The notes under the pieces: generated by a model | The model's input: only the letters and a program-made list of their open reading frames with translations | What the model was told of the DNA's origin: nothing | Databases searched by the model: none | Program-made: the position numbers and the translations under genes | Shown here: positions 9,209 to 17,290 of the stretch, piece after piece | Numbering within the stretch: the first letter of the stretch is position 1 | Layout: each line of letters begins with the position of its first letter | NCBI GenBank assembly: GCA_041609715.1 | Contig: JBFIQI010000002.1 | Coordinates: forward strand, 1-60,340 | Source of the DNA: Gammaproteobacteria bacterium | GTDB taxonomy: Bacteria; Pseudomonadota; Gammaproteobacteria; Steroidobacterales; JABDLF01 | Direction of reading: 5' to 3' | Length of the DNA stretch: 60,340 bases

Positions 9209-9520
9209 ATGAGTTACTACAAGCGGCACCTTTTTTTCTGCACCAACAAGCGCGAGAGCGACCGGCGGCCCAGCTGTGCGAACTGCGGGTCGGTAAAAAT
9301 GCGTGCCTATGTCAAGCACAAGATCAAGAAACTGGGGCTCGCGGGGCCCGGCGGCGTGCGCGTGAACAGTGCCGGTTGCCTGGACCGCTGCGAAGAAGGG
9401 CCGGTGCTCGTAATCTACCCGGAGGGCAGCTGGTACACCTACGTGGATGAGGAAGACCTCGACGAGCTGATCGAAGAGCATGTGGTGGCGGGTCGAGAGG
9501 TCCCGCGACTCAAGATCTGA
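9209..9520 (+). CDS. Thioredoxin-like [2Fe-2S] ferredoxin-domain protein
   Basis: 103-aa ORF. HLFFCTNKR...CANCGS...AGCLDRCEEGPVLVIYPEG..Y matches the (2Fe-2S) ferredoxin-domain family. Confidence 0.8.
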   Translation: MSYYKRHLFFCTNKRESDRRPSCANCGSVKMRAYVKHKIKKLGLAGPGGVRVNSAGCLDRCEEGPVLVIYPEGSWYTYVDEEDLDELIEEHVVAGREVPRLKI

Positions 9521-9601
9521 CAGGGTTAAGTGATTGACACAAAATAAGTTTTTGCGAGCCCCTGGGGGGGCCGCAGAGCCGCTTGGGGAGTTGCCCGATC
9601 A

Positions 9602-9630
9602 TTGCATTGGGCACGCCCCTTGAGTAGAAT
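9602..9630 (+). promoter_or_regulatory. Candidate sigma70 promoter for rplM-rpsI
   Basis: TTGCAT (9602-9607), a 17-nt spacer, then TAGAAT (9625-9630), about 50 nt upstream of the rplM ATG. Confidence 0.45.
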
Positions 9631-9678
9631 GGCGGGCTTTTCGCGCACACGCGCCAGAAATATTCGGAGCACCCAACA

Positions 9679-10113
9679 ATGAAGACCTTTTCCGCCAAGG
9701 CGGGCGAAGTCAGGGGCGACTGGTTTGTCGTCGACGCCTCGGGGAAGACCCTGGGTCGGCTGGCCAGTGAAATCGCGCACCGTTTGCGTGGCAAACACAA
9801 ACCCGAGTACACACCGCATGTAGACACCGGCGACTACATTGTCGTGGTCAACGCGGAGAAGATCCGGGTTACCGGCGCCAAGCTTTCTGACAAGATGTAT
9901 CACCGGTATACCGGCTACGTTGGTAATCTGAAGTCAATCAGCCTGGGCAAGCTCCTGGAGGAGCACCCGGAGCGCGCATTAGAGCTGGCCGTGAAAGGCA
10001 TGTTGCCCAAGAATCCTCTGGGCAGAGCCATGTTCAAGAAGCTGCGCGTATACAGTGGCCCGGACCATCAGCACGCGGCTCAGCAGCCCCAGCCGCTTGA
10101 AATCAGAGCCTGA
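9679..10113 (+). CDS. rplM: 50S ribosomal protein L13
   Basis: [53 protein letters not shown] is canonical L13. Confidence 0.98.
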   Translation: MKTFSAKAGEVRGDWFVVDASGKTLGRLASEIAHRLRGKHKPEYTPHVDTGDYIVVVNAEKIRVTGAKLSDKMYHRYTGYVGNLKSISLGKLLEEHPERALELAVKGMLPKNPLGRAMFKKLRVYSGPDHQHAAQQPQPLEIRA

Positions 10114-10139
10114 AGCAGGCTAGCAAAGAGATACCAGCA

Positions 10140-10532
10140 ATGACTGATAATGTTTTTTATGGCACAGGCCGGCGCAAGTCATCGACCGCGCGCGTTTTTC
10201 TGCGCAACGGCAACGGCAAAATTACGGTTAATGAGCGTCCGCTGGACGAGTTTTTCGGACGCAAAACGGCGCGCATGATCGTTCGTCAGCCGCTTGAACT
10301 GGCCGATCTCGAGAAGAAATTCGATGTCAGCGTGACCGTAACCGGGGGCGGTACCACCGGGCAGGCCGGCGCGATTCGCCATGGTCTCACCCGTGCTCTG
10401 ATGGAGTACGATGAGACATTGCGGCGCCCTTTGCGCAAAGCCGGGTTTGTAACCCGCGATGCCCGCGAGGTCGAGCGCAAGAAGGTAGGTTTGGCCAAGG
10501 CACGTCGGGCCAAGCAGTTCTCGAAGCGCTGA
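10140..10532 (+). CDS. rpsI: 30S ribosomal protein S9
   Basis: [15 protein letters not shown]...[19 protein letters not shown]...[22 protein letters not shown] is canonical S9. Confidence 0.98.
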   Translation: MTDNVFYGTGRRKSSTARVFLRNGNGKITVNERPLDEFFGRKTARMIVRQPLELADLEKKFDVSVTVTGGGTTGQAGAIRHGLTRALMEYDETLRRPLRKAGFVTRDAREVERKKVGLAKARRAKQFSKR

Positions 10533-10564
10533 TCCGCCGAAGCAGCCGCCGGAGAGCCGATTCT

Positions 10565-10638
10565 TGGGGGATCGTCTAGCGGTAGGACTACGGACTCTGA
10601 CTCCGTCAACCCAGGTTCGAATCCTGGTCCCCCAGCCA
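10565..10638 (+). tRNA. tRNA-Gln (anticodon CTG)
   Basis: 74 nt, TGGGGGATCGTCTAGCGGTAGGACTACGGACTCTGACTCCGT...GGTTCGAATCCTGGTCCCCCAGCCA. Acceptor stem TGGGGGA/TCCCCCA, anticodon loop CTCTGAC, T-loop GGTTCGAATCC, encoded CCA. Confidence 0.9.
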
Positions 10639-10645
10639 AGATAAA

Positions 10646-10670
10646 AGCCCGCCGCCCGGCGGGTTTTTTA
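10646..10670 (+). terminator. Rho-independent terminator after rplM-rpsI-tRNA-Gln (possibly bidirectional, also facing rpiA)
   Basis: CCCGCC (10648-10653), loop GCCC, GGCGGG (10658-10663), followed by TTTTTT (10664-10669). Confidence 0.75.
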
Positions 10671-10729
10671 TTGCGCGGCCATCGAGTACCTATGCATTGA
10701 CTGGCGCTGCCCACGGGCCAGTTGACTGC

Positions 10730-11386
10730 CTAGCGAGTCAATTTACGCACCCCTGTGTCCGAGGCAATCAGGAGCAGGTCAGCGGGCCGGCTGGCGAACA
10801 GCCCCACGGTTACCACGCCAGGTATCATGTTGATTTGTTGTTCCAGGGCGACAGGCTCGGTGATGTCGAGGTTATGCACGTCGATAATCTGGTTGCCGTT
10901 ATCGGTTGTGAAGCCCTCACGGTAAACCGGCTGACCACCCAGACCCGTCATCTGCCGCGCTACGTATGAGCGCGCCATGGGTATAACCTCCACCGGCAGC
11001 GGGAAACGACCAAGAACCGGTACCAGCTTGCTGTCATCAACGACGCAGACAAACTGCCTTGAGGCTGCAGCGATAATCTTTTCCCTTGTAAGGGCGCCAC
11101 CCCCCCCTTTAATCAGGTGTAGGTGTTTGTCTGCCTCGTCCGCGCCATCCACATAGATAGAAAGGCCGCCCGCCTGATTCAGATCCATAACCTCTATGCC
11201 ATGTGCCCGCAGGCGCCCGGTGGAGGCCTCGGAACTCGATACCGCCGCCTCGATCAGGTGCTTCTTTTCTGCCAGCGCGTCAATGAAATAGTTCACGGTG
11301 GAGCCGGTGCCCACCCCGATGATGCCCTCGTGGATGTATTCCATCGCTGCGTGGGCAGCGAGTTGTTTTTTCTCGTCCTGGTTCAT
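10730..11386 (-). CDS. rpiA: Ribose-5-phosphate isomerase A
   Basis: 218-aa [20 protein letters not shown]...YVDGADE...[14 protein letters not shown] are RpiA motifs. Confidence 0.95.
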   Translation of the reverse strand: MNQDEKKQLAAHAAMEYIHEGIIGVGTGSTVNYFIDALAEKKHLIEAAVSSSEASTGRLRAHGIEVMDLNQAGGLSIYVDGADEADKHLHLIKGGGGALTREKIIAAASRQFVCVVDDSKLVPVLGRFPLPVEVIPMARSYVARQMTGLGGQPVYREGFTTDNGNQIIDVHNLDITEPVALEQQINMIPGVVTVGLFASRPADLLLIASDTGVRKLTR

Positions 11387-11434
11387 GGCTGCATCTCTTT
11401 ATTTCGGTAATTCACCTGGTTTTGCGGCGGACAA

Positions 11435-11462
11435 CAAAAAATGGGCCCGGTGGGGCCCATTT
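11435..11462 (-). terminator. Rho-independent terminator of the Lys-rich protein gene
   Basis: Minus-strand transcript ATGGGCCC-CACC-GGGCCCAT (11441-11460), followed by a T-run (plus-strand A-run 11436-11440). Confidence 0.7.
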
Positions 11463-11529
11463 TATGCCGGGTCGATCCGCTGGCAAGGCCAGGGACCGCC
11501 CGGGTTCTGGTCTGTTAAACCAGTGTTGC

Positions 11530-11886
11530 CTAGCGCTTCTTGCTAGAACGACGCTTGGAAGTCTTCCGGCGGCTGGCTTTCCGCTTGGGAGCCTTTTTCC
11601 GGGAAGCCTTCTTCTTGGTCTTGCGCTTCGCAGCCTTCTTCTTGGTCTTGCGCTTCGCAGCCTTCTTCTTGGTCTTGCGCTTCGCAGCCTTCTTCTTGGT
11701 TTTGCGTTTCGCAGCCTTCTTCTTGGTCTTGCGCTTGGCGGCCTTCTTCTTGGCAGCCTTCTTCTTGACCTTACGTTTGGTCTTGCGCTTGGCGACCTTT
11801 CTCTTGGTCGCGGGTTTCCGTTTACGCACTACCTTTTTCTTTTTGGAAGTGCGTTTCTTTTTGGACGACTTCTTTCTTGCAGCCAT
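11530..11886 (-). CDS. Extremely basic Lys/Arg/Ala-repeat protein (histone H1-like / AlgP-like nucleoid-protein candidate)
   Basis: 118-aa ORF, nearly all K/R/A/T/S, with five tandem KKAAKRKTK units. It has its own terminator. The ATG start is at 11884-11886. Confidence 0.7.
   Translation of the reverse strand: MAARKKSSKKKRTSKKKKVVRKRKPATKRKVAKRKTKRKVKKKAAKKKAAKRKTKKKAAKRKTKKKAAKRKTKKKAAKRKTKKKAAKRKTKKKASRKKAPKRKASRRKTSKRRSSKKR
11606..11770. repeat. 27-bp in-frame tandem repeat (5 full units plus degenerate copies)
   Basis: The unit GCCTTCTTCTTGGTCTTGCGCTTCGCA starts at 11606, 11633, 11660, 11687 and 11714. Degenerate units run from 11741 onward. Confidence 0.9.
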
Positions 11887-12076
11887 GTGGTTTCTCCGTG
11901 TCGGGGTAAGTCGAATTTAGTATATACAACAAAACGCAAAATTCCAGCAAGTCAACAATCTTGAAGTTCGCAGATCGCTGTTGGACCCGGCCGCTCCTCT
12001 GCCCTCAACCCGGCCTTAAAAGTCTGCTCATTTCGGCATCGCTGGAATCGCGATAACGGATGCCTGATCTTGTCCT

Positions 12077-12577
12077 TCAACGCTTCACCCTGTTGTTGTC
12101 AGAGGCGGGGTTTTTTTCCAGCCGCAGGATGAAGTCCCAGTGCTTTTTGCTGACCGGCATTACCGACAGGCGATTGCCTTTTCGCAAAAGATCAAAGCCA
12201 GACAGGCTGGAATCCGCGTAGTTACGCAATTCTTTTAATCCGATGATCCTTTTCAGCTTGCGTTTATAGCGCACATCAACCATGAACCAGCGTGGATTTT
12301 CCGGGTCGCTCTTGGGATCAAAATGTGGGTCAGCGGGATCCAGGGCAGTGTGGTCCGGGTAGCCCTCGGATACCACTTCGACGATGCCCGCAATACCCGG
12401 TTCAGCGCAATTGGAATGGTAGAAAAAGGCAAGATCCCCCTTTCGAAAATCATCCCGAAGCATATTGCGGGCCTGGTAGTTTCTTACCCCGTCCCAGCAA
12501 GTTTTGCGCTGATTTTGCGCAAAAAGTGCGTCGAGGCTGAATTCGTCAGGTTCGGACTTCAATAACCAGTAGGCCAT
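12077..12577 (-). CDS. EVE (PUA-like) domain protein
   Basis: 166-aa ORF. MAYWLLKSEPDEFSLDAL...WDGVRNYQARN.LRD....GDLAFFYHSN are hallmarks of the EVE/ASCH-like domain. Confidence 0.85.
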   Translation of the reverse strand: MAYWLLKSEPDEFSLDALFAQNQRKTCWDGVRNYQARNMLRDDFRKGDLAFFYHSNCAEPGIAGIVEVVSEGYPDHTALDPADPHFDPKSDPENPRWFMVDVRYKRKLKRIIGLKELRNYADSSLSGFDLLRKGNRLSVMPVSKKHWDFILRLEKNPASDNNRVKR

Positions 12578-12588
12578 TCGCCGCCTCT

Positions 12589-13236
12589 CTACTCTGTGCG
12601 CTCTGTTTCATTAAACCATGAAATTCCCGCCTCGGTTGCCACGCAATCCAGAGGCACATCCCAGTCCTCGGCGGGCAGTTGCAATACGCGTTGGCAGTCA
12701 TATGCGACACCGCAAAACACCGGTCGCCTTTCTCGGCTGACACGGCGGAGCCTCGCGAAATAACGATCATAAAATCCGGCGCCCATCCCGAGACGATTAC
12801 CCCGTGCATCAAATGCCAGCAGGGGCACCAGCACGAGATCAAGATCGTCAATCCTTTTTAAATCATTCTGGCCGTTGGCGGGCTCTGAAATACCGAACCG
12901 GTTTCGAACCATGGTCGTGGTGGGGTCAAGGCGTGTGAAACACATTCCGGATCCAGCCCCGGCGAGGACCCTGGGGACAAATACCTGTTTGCCTGCCTGC
13001 CAGGCATGCTCGATTAGCCCGCCAAGCTGAACTTCTGTGGAAAACGCGAGGTAGGCTGCCATGACCGAGGCATTCCGGTAGCTTGCGCTGGCCAGCAAGG
13101 AGCGCACGATAGCCTCTGATGCCTGTTGTCGCGGCGCGGCGCCCAGCGCCTGGCGGCGCTGCTTCATTTCTGCCCGCAAATGTTCTCGCTGACTGTTTTT
13201 CAATGCCGCGAACCAGAAAAGTGGCGTCTCCCGCAT
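12589..13236 (-). CDS. ygfA: 5-formyltetrahydrofolate cyclo-ligase
   Basis: LRAEMKQRRQAL...ASVMAAYLAF..E...LVLVPLLAFDARGNRLGMGAGFYDRY are 5-FCL motifs. The ATG at 13234-13236 is preferred over the ORF-track start (13272), which would run into the 6S RNA. Confidence 0.85.
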   Translation of the reverse strand: MRETPLFWFAALKNSQREHLRAEMKQRRQALGAAPRQQASEAIVRSLLASASYRNASVMAAYLAFSTEVQLGGLIEHAWQAGKQVFVPRVLAGAGSGMCFTRLDPTTTMVRNRFGISEPANGQNDLKRIDDLDLVLVPLLAFDARGNRLGMGAGFYDRYFARLRRVSRERRPVFCGVAYDCQRVLQLPAEDWDVPLDCVATEAGISWFNETERTE

Positions 13237-13245
13237 GTGCCGTTT

Positions 13246-13416
13246 CGGACCATTGCTCTCGAACCAGAGCAACAGGTGGGGCAGGCCGCGACGATTAAGG
13301 CTCTCCGCAAACAGCGGATTTGCTCAGTAGCGCCAGCAGGACCACGCCCCTGGGTTAGTAATTAGGGTCGAGGGATCCCGGCCCTTGGCGAACACCGCAG
13401 GAGACGCCAATGACAG
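13246..13416 (-). ncRNA. ssrS: 6S RNA (ssrS); ends approximate
   Basis: The non-coding gap between zapA and ygfA is the conserved ssrS position. The minus-strand sequence contains GGAGAGCCTTAATCGTCGCGG (compare E. coli GAGAAGCCUUAAAACUGCGACG). Its ends can pair (GUCAUUG/CAAUGGU). Length is about 170 nt. Confidence 0.6.
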
Positions 13417-13457
13417 TTTAAACCATATACGAGTCTGATGTTGTGAGCTGGTTCCGC

Positions 13458-13766
13458 TCAGAATTCGAGCTGCTTGCCTTTGCCCACGGCGGCTTCCACA
13501 CGTTCGCGAATTTCCCGGATGCGCAGGCTGACTTCCTCGCCGGGGACCTTTTCTTCATTGCGCTCGGCCAGCAGTTCATTGGCGATATTCAGTGCAGCGA
13601 TTACAGCAATCCTGTCCAGTCCCACGACTTTTCCTGAATCGCGAACCTCTTTCATACGCGCGTTGAGGAATTCTGCCGAATCCAGCAGCGCGGTACGTTC
13701 TTCGACCGGGCAGGCAATCTGATATTCCTTATCCAGAATCCGGACGCTCACGGTCGCGACGCTCAC
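13458..13766 (-). CDS. zapA: Cell division protein ZapA
   Basis: 102-aa ORF. VSVRILDKEYQIACPVEERTALLDSAEFLNARMKEVRDSGKVVGLDRIAVIAALNIANELL is a typical ZapA. Confidence 0.9.
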   Translation of the reverse strand: MSVATVSVRILDKEYQIACPVEERTALLDSAEFLNARMKEVRDSGKVVGLDRIAVIAALNIANELLAERNEEKVPGEEVSLRIREIRERVEAAVGKGKQLEF

Positions 13767-14005
13767 GTGCCGTGCTCCATGGCTTTCAGGCGCGAGATCA
13801 TGGCTTCGACGCGGGCTCTGACCTGCTCGTTTTTCTGCAACAGCCCGGCCCGCTCCGACATCAGGGTTTCCTGCTTGCGCCGCAGCGACTGGTTTTCCTC
13901 TTTCAGGCGGTCACAGACCAGCACCAGCTCATCAATACGCTTGTCCAGCCTCTCCAATTCCGATGCGAACAGGTCTTTGGCGCTGGCTTTGTCTTGTTTG
14001 CTCAT
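13763..14005 (-). CDS. ZapB-like coiled-coil protein (TIGR02449-type)
   Basis: The ATG at 14003-14005 gives MSKQDKASAKDLFASELERLDKRIDELVLVCDRLKEENQSLRRKQETL..., a heptad-rich 80-aa protein immediately upstream of zapA with a 4-nt overlap. Confidence 0.7.
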   Translation of the reverse strand: MSKQDKASAKDLFASELERLDKRIDELVLVCDRLKEENQSLRRKQETLMSERAGLLQKNEQVRARVEAMISRLKAMEHGT

Positions 14006-14143
14006 CGGCCAAATATAGAACTGCGCGGCACCCACGGTCAATCAAGGACCGCGCTGCAGGCACTGTGCGTGGCCACTGGCGGTGCTAGAATTGGGCTCCA
14101 GGCCACCAACGGTGGCGGCTTTTGCCAGGCAGGCCTAATTCCA

Positions 14144-14710
14144 TTGAGCGAGACCAGTTACCAGGTGCTGGACGATCTGCTGCAACGAGCGGGCGCCGAG
14201 TGCGACGCCGCTGAATGTCATGGTGCGCTTTCGGGCCTTGCCAGTGCAGGCACCCTGGCCGGTGCCGATCAACTGCTGGAGCAGTTGCTGGGTGACCTGG
14301 ATCCCGCGGATGTCCGGGTCGCCGAATGCCGTGACAGCATGTTGCGGGTATTGCGTGTCTGTCAAAGTGAGCTGGCGTCAACCGATTTGCCGTTCACGCC
14401 GATGCTCCCCGATGACGACGAGAGCATCAGCGTCAGAGCTTCGGCGCTGGGCCGCTGGTGCCAGGGCTTCCTGTTCGGGCTCAGTCTCGGCGGTCTGCCT
14501 GATCTTGCCGAGCTGCCGGGTGATGTGGGCGAAATTATTCGCGATCTTGCCGAAATAACCCGCGCCGGCGTCGACGAAGCCAGCGACGAAGAACAGAGTG
14601 AGGCAGCCTATGTGGATATCGTCGAATTCATCCGGGTAAGCGTGCAACTGGTCTACGAGGAACTGAATCCACCGGTCGAGTCCCAGGATACTGTGCCGAC
14701 CCTGCACTGA
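14144..14710 (+). CDS. ygfB: UPF0149 (YgfB-like) protein
   Basis: Only the 3' part of ORF 13772-14710 is plausible. An in-frame TTG at 14144 gives about 188 aa: LSETSYQVLDDLL...ECHGALSGL...LGRWCQGFLFGL...AEITRAG, which is YgfB-like. It sits upstream of pepP, as in E. coli. Confidence 0.75.
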   Translation: MSETSYQVLDDLLQRAGAECDAAECHGALSGLASAGTLAGADQLLEQLLGDLDPADVRVAECRDSMLRVLRVCQSELASTDLPFTPMLPDDDESISVRASALGRWCQGFLFGLSLGGLPDLAELPGDVGEIIRDLAEITRAGVDEASDEEQSEAAYVDIVEFIRVSVQLVYEELNPPVESQDTVPTLH

Positions 14711-14729
14711 AACTGAAGAGGTCCAAGGC

Positions 14730-16037
14730 TTGAATCCCAGGGAATTTGCGCGTCGGCGCCGGCAGCTAAAGCAGATGATTGGCCACGGCGGTGTGGCAAT
14801 TTTGCCAGCCGCTCAATTGAAAAAGCGAAACCGCGATGTGGAGTACCGGTTTCGACAAGACAGCGATTTCTATTATCTGACCGGTTTTGCCGAGCCCGAA
14901 GCGGTCGCGGTTCTGATACCGGGCCGCGATCGGGCAGAATTCGTATTGTTTTGTCGGGAACGCGACCCGGAGCGCGAAATCTGGGACGGTGCGCGCGCCG
15001 GACCCGAAGGCGCAACCGAAGTGTTCGGTGCCGACGATGCATTTCCCATCGATGACATCGATGACATTCTGCCCGGGATGCTGGAGTCGTGCGAGCGCGT
15101 CTTCTACACCATGGGCAGTCATCCGGAATTCGACCAGCGGCTGATCGAATGGATTCGCAAGCTGCGGGAAAGCGGCGGCCGAGACGCTCATTCTCCCCAG
15201 GAATTCATCGCCCTCGATCACGTGCTGCATGATATGCGTTTGTTCAAAAGCCGCAGTGAAGTTGCCGCCATGCGCAAGGCTGCGCGCATAGCCGTGAAGG
15301 CCCACGAGCGAGCCATGCGCAACTGCCGGCCGGGCAAGTGGGAATATGAAATCCATGCCGAATTACTTTACGAATTTGCCCGTAATGGCGTGGAGGCGTC
15401 CTATCAGCCTATAGTCGGGGCCGGCACCAACGCCTGTACCCTGCATTACATCGACAACAACAGCCGCATTTGTGAAGCTGACCTGGTGCTCGTGGACGCG
15501 GGCTGTGAATATGACTATTACGCCTCGGATATCACCCGGACCTATCCGGCCTGCGGCCAGTTCTCGCCGGAACAACGCGCGATTTATGAAATAGTGCTGG
15601 AGGCCAACGAGGCAGCCATCGCGGAAGTTCGGCCGGGCAATCACTGGAACGCGCCTCACGATGCCGCGGTGACCGTCATCACCGCCGGCCTGAAAAAACT
15701 TGGCCTGCTGCAGGGCGGCATCAAGACCCTGATCAAGCGAGAAGCCTTCCGGCGTTTTTTCATGCATCGCACCGGCCATTGGCTGGGCATGGACGTGCAC
15801 GACGTGGGTGATTACAAGATCGACGGCGAGTGGCGACTGCTGGAGCCCGGCATGGTTATGACCATCGAGCCCGGCATCTACATCGCTCCCGACGATTCCG
15901 AGGTGGACGTGCGGTGGCGTGGCATCGGCGTGCGTATCGAGGACGATGTGCTGGTGACTCGTCATGGCAATGAAGTGCTCAGCGGCAAGCTCGCCAAGCA
16001 GCCAGACCAAGTCGAACAACTGGTTGGAACAGCGTGA
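14730..16037 (+). CDS. pepP: Xaa-Pro aminopeptidase (aminopeptidase P)
   Basis: 435-aa ORF. YRFRQDSDFYYLTGF..PEAV and DAGCEYDYYASDITRT, HRTGHWLGMDVHD, GIGVRIEDDV are M24B motifs. Confidence 0.93.
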   Translation: MNPREFARRRRQLKQMIGHGGVAILPAAQLKKRNRDVEYRFRQDSDFYYLTGFAEPEAVAVLIPGRDRAEFVLFCRERDPEREIWDGARAGPEGATEVFGADDAFPIDDIDDILPGMLESCERVFYTMGSHPEFDQRLIEWIRKLRESGGRDAHSPQEFIALDHVLHDMRLFKSRSEVAAMRKAARIAVKAHERAMRNCRPGKWEYEIHAELLYEFARNGVEASYQPIVGAGTNACTLHYIDNNSRICEADLVLVDAGCEYDYYASDITRTYPACGQFSPEQRAIYEIVLEANEAAIAEVRPGNHWNAPHDAAVTVITAGLKKLGLLQGGIKTLIKREAFRRFFMHRTGHWLGMDVHDVGDYKIDGEWRLLEPGMVMTIEPGIYIAPDDSEVDVRWRGIGVRIEDDVLVTRHGNEVLSGKLAKQPDQVEQLVGTA

Positions 16038-17290
16038 CCGAGTCGAGCGGCGAATTTGCAACGATAATCGTAGGCGGCGGCATGGTAGGCGCCAGCCTGG
16101 CAATCGCGCTTGCCAGTATTGGCCAACGGGTAGCAGTGATCGAAGCACACCCGCCCGGTCGACCCGGCCAGCCCTCCTTCGATGACCGCGCCACTGCGTT
16201 ATCCAATGGCAGTCGCCGGGTGTTCGAGGCACTGGCCGTGTGGCCGGAACTGGCCAAGCAGGCAACGCCAATACTGGAAATCCATGTGTCGGACAGGGGC
16301 CGCTTCGGTATCAGCCGCATCAAGGCCAGCGAGGAAGGCGTGCCCGCCCTGGGATTCATGATACGTAACCGGCATCTTGGGCACGCGTTGATGACGCGTA
16401 TGCAGTCCGAGCCGGGAATAACTTTGCTGTCCCCGGCCAGAGTGCAATCCCTGGCATCAAAGTCGGGCCGGGTCGAACTGGAAGTGACGGGTGAGGGCGC
16501 GACAGCACCCCGGATCACGGGAGGCTTGTTGGTGGCAGCTGACGGAGCGCGTTCCTCGATGCGGGAGCTCCTGGGCATCGCTGCCGATGTCCGTGATTAC
16601 GATCAGTTGGCGATCGTCGCCAATATCGCCACCGAAAATGACCTTGCGGGCGTTGCTTACGAACGGTTTACTGAATCCGGTCCGTTGGCCGTGCTGCCTA
16701 TGTCTGACGAGGACTCGCCGGGCACGGCAGGTCGCGGCACGATCGTCTGGTCGGTGGCACCAGAAGCGGGTCAAAGCCTGCTGGAACTGCCCGAACATGA
16801 GTTCCGGGCCGAGTTGCAGTCGCAGCTGGGATTTCGTCTGGGCGCCATAACCCGAACGGGACAGCGCAGCAGCTACCCGCTGGCCCTGGTGCAGAGCGAG
16901 GAACAGGTCAGGGAACGTGTGGTCATTATCGGCAACGCCGCCCACAGTCTGCACCCGGTGGCGGGACAAGGTTTCAATCTGAGTCTTCGCGACGTGGCCG
17001 CGCTGGCCGAGACCATTTCAGAGGCGGCCATGCGTGATGAGGACCCGGGGTCGCTGGCGGTGCTGCAGCGTTATGCTGACTGGCGCGCCCGGGATCAGCG
17101 CGACGTGGTACGTTTTTCGGATGGTTTGCTGAAAATTTTCGGCAGCCCCAGCCCCTTGCTGCGCACCGGGCGCAATCTCGGCCTGCTTGCTCTGGAACTC
17201 GTTCCAGGCGCCAAGCACCTGCTGGCGCGGCAGACCATGGGTGTGGCCGGCCGGCTGCCGAAACTGGCGCGCGGCGTGGCGCTCAAATGA
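16034..17290 (+). CDS. ubiH: 2-octaprenyl-6-methoxyphenol hydroxylase
   Basis: GTGA overlap with pepP. FAD fingerprint IIVGGGMVGASLA, LLVAADGARS, and IIGNAAHSLHPVAGQGFNLSLRD. The pepP-ubiH-visC order is conserved. Confidence 0.85.
   Translation: MTESSGEFATIIVGGGMVGASLAIALASIGQRVAVIEAHPPGRPGQPSFDDRATALSNGSRRVFEALAVWPELAKQATPILEIHVSDRGRFGISRIKASEEGVPALGFMIRNRHLGHALMTRMQSEPGITLLSPARVQSLASKSGRVELEVTGEGATAPRITGGLLVAADGARSSMRELLGIAADVRDYDQLAIVANIATENDLAGVAYERFTESGPLAVLPMSDEDSPGTAGRGTIVWSVAPEAGQSLLELPEHEFRAELQSQLGFRLGAITRTGQRSSYPLALVQSEEQVRERVVIIGNAAHSLHPVAGQGFNLSLRDVAALAETISEAAMRDEDPGSLAVLQRYADWRARDQRDVVRFSDGLLKIFGSPSPLLRTGRNLGLLALELVPGAKHLLARQTMGVAGRLPKLARGVALK

Noticed and set aside
10565-10729. 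tRNA-Gln as an integration hotspot for a genomic island
   Set aside because: There is no integrase, no direct repeat of the tRNA 3' end and no compositional shift downstream. The next gene is the housekeeping rpiA.
11606-11770. Possible CRISPR array, because of regularly spaced 27-bp repeats
   Set aside because: The repeats are directly adjacent with no spacers, are in frame within an ORF, and no cas genes are present. This is a coding tandem repeat.
11422-11964. Leu/Phe-rich plus-strand ORFs (11422-11964 and 11540-11920) across the 27-bp repeat
   Set aside because: These are mirror-image translations of the Lys-rich gene (AAG/AAA codons read as CTT/TTT). The terminator orientation and ATG start support the minus-strand gene.
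13772-14143. The 5' two-fifths of the 312-aa plus-strand ORF 13772-14710
   Set aside because: This part is antisense to the zapB-like gene and has no YgfB similarity. Only the portion from the in-frame TTG at 14144 matches UPF0149/YgfB length and sequence.
15363-16271. 302-aa minus-strand ORF spanning the pepP/ubiH junction
   Set aside because: It is antisense to two well-supported genes that are translationally coupled (GTGA overlap). It has no motifs.
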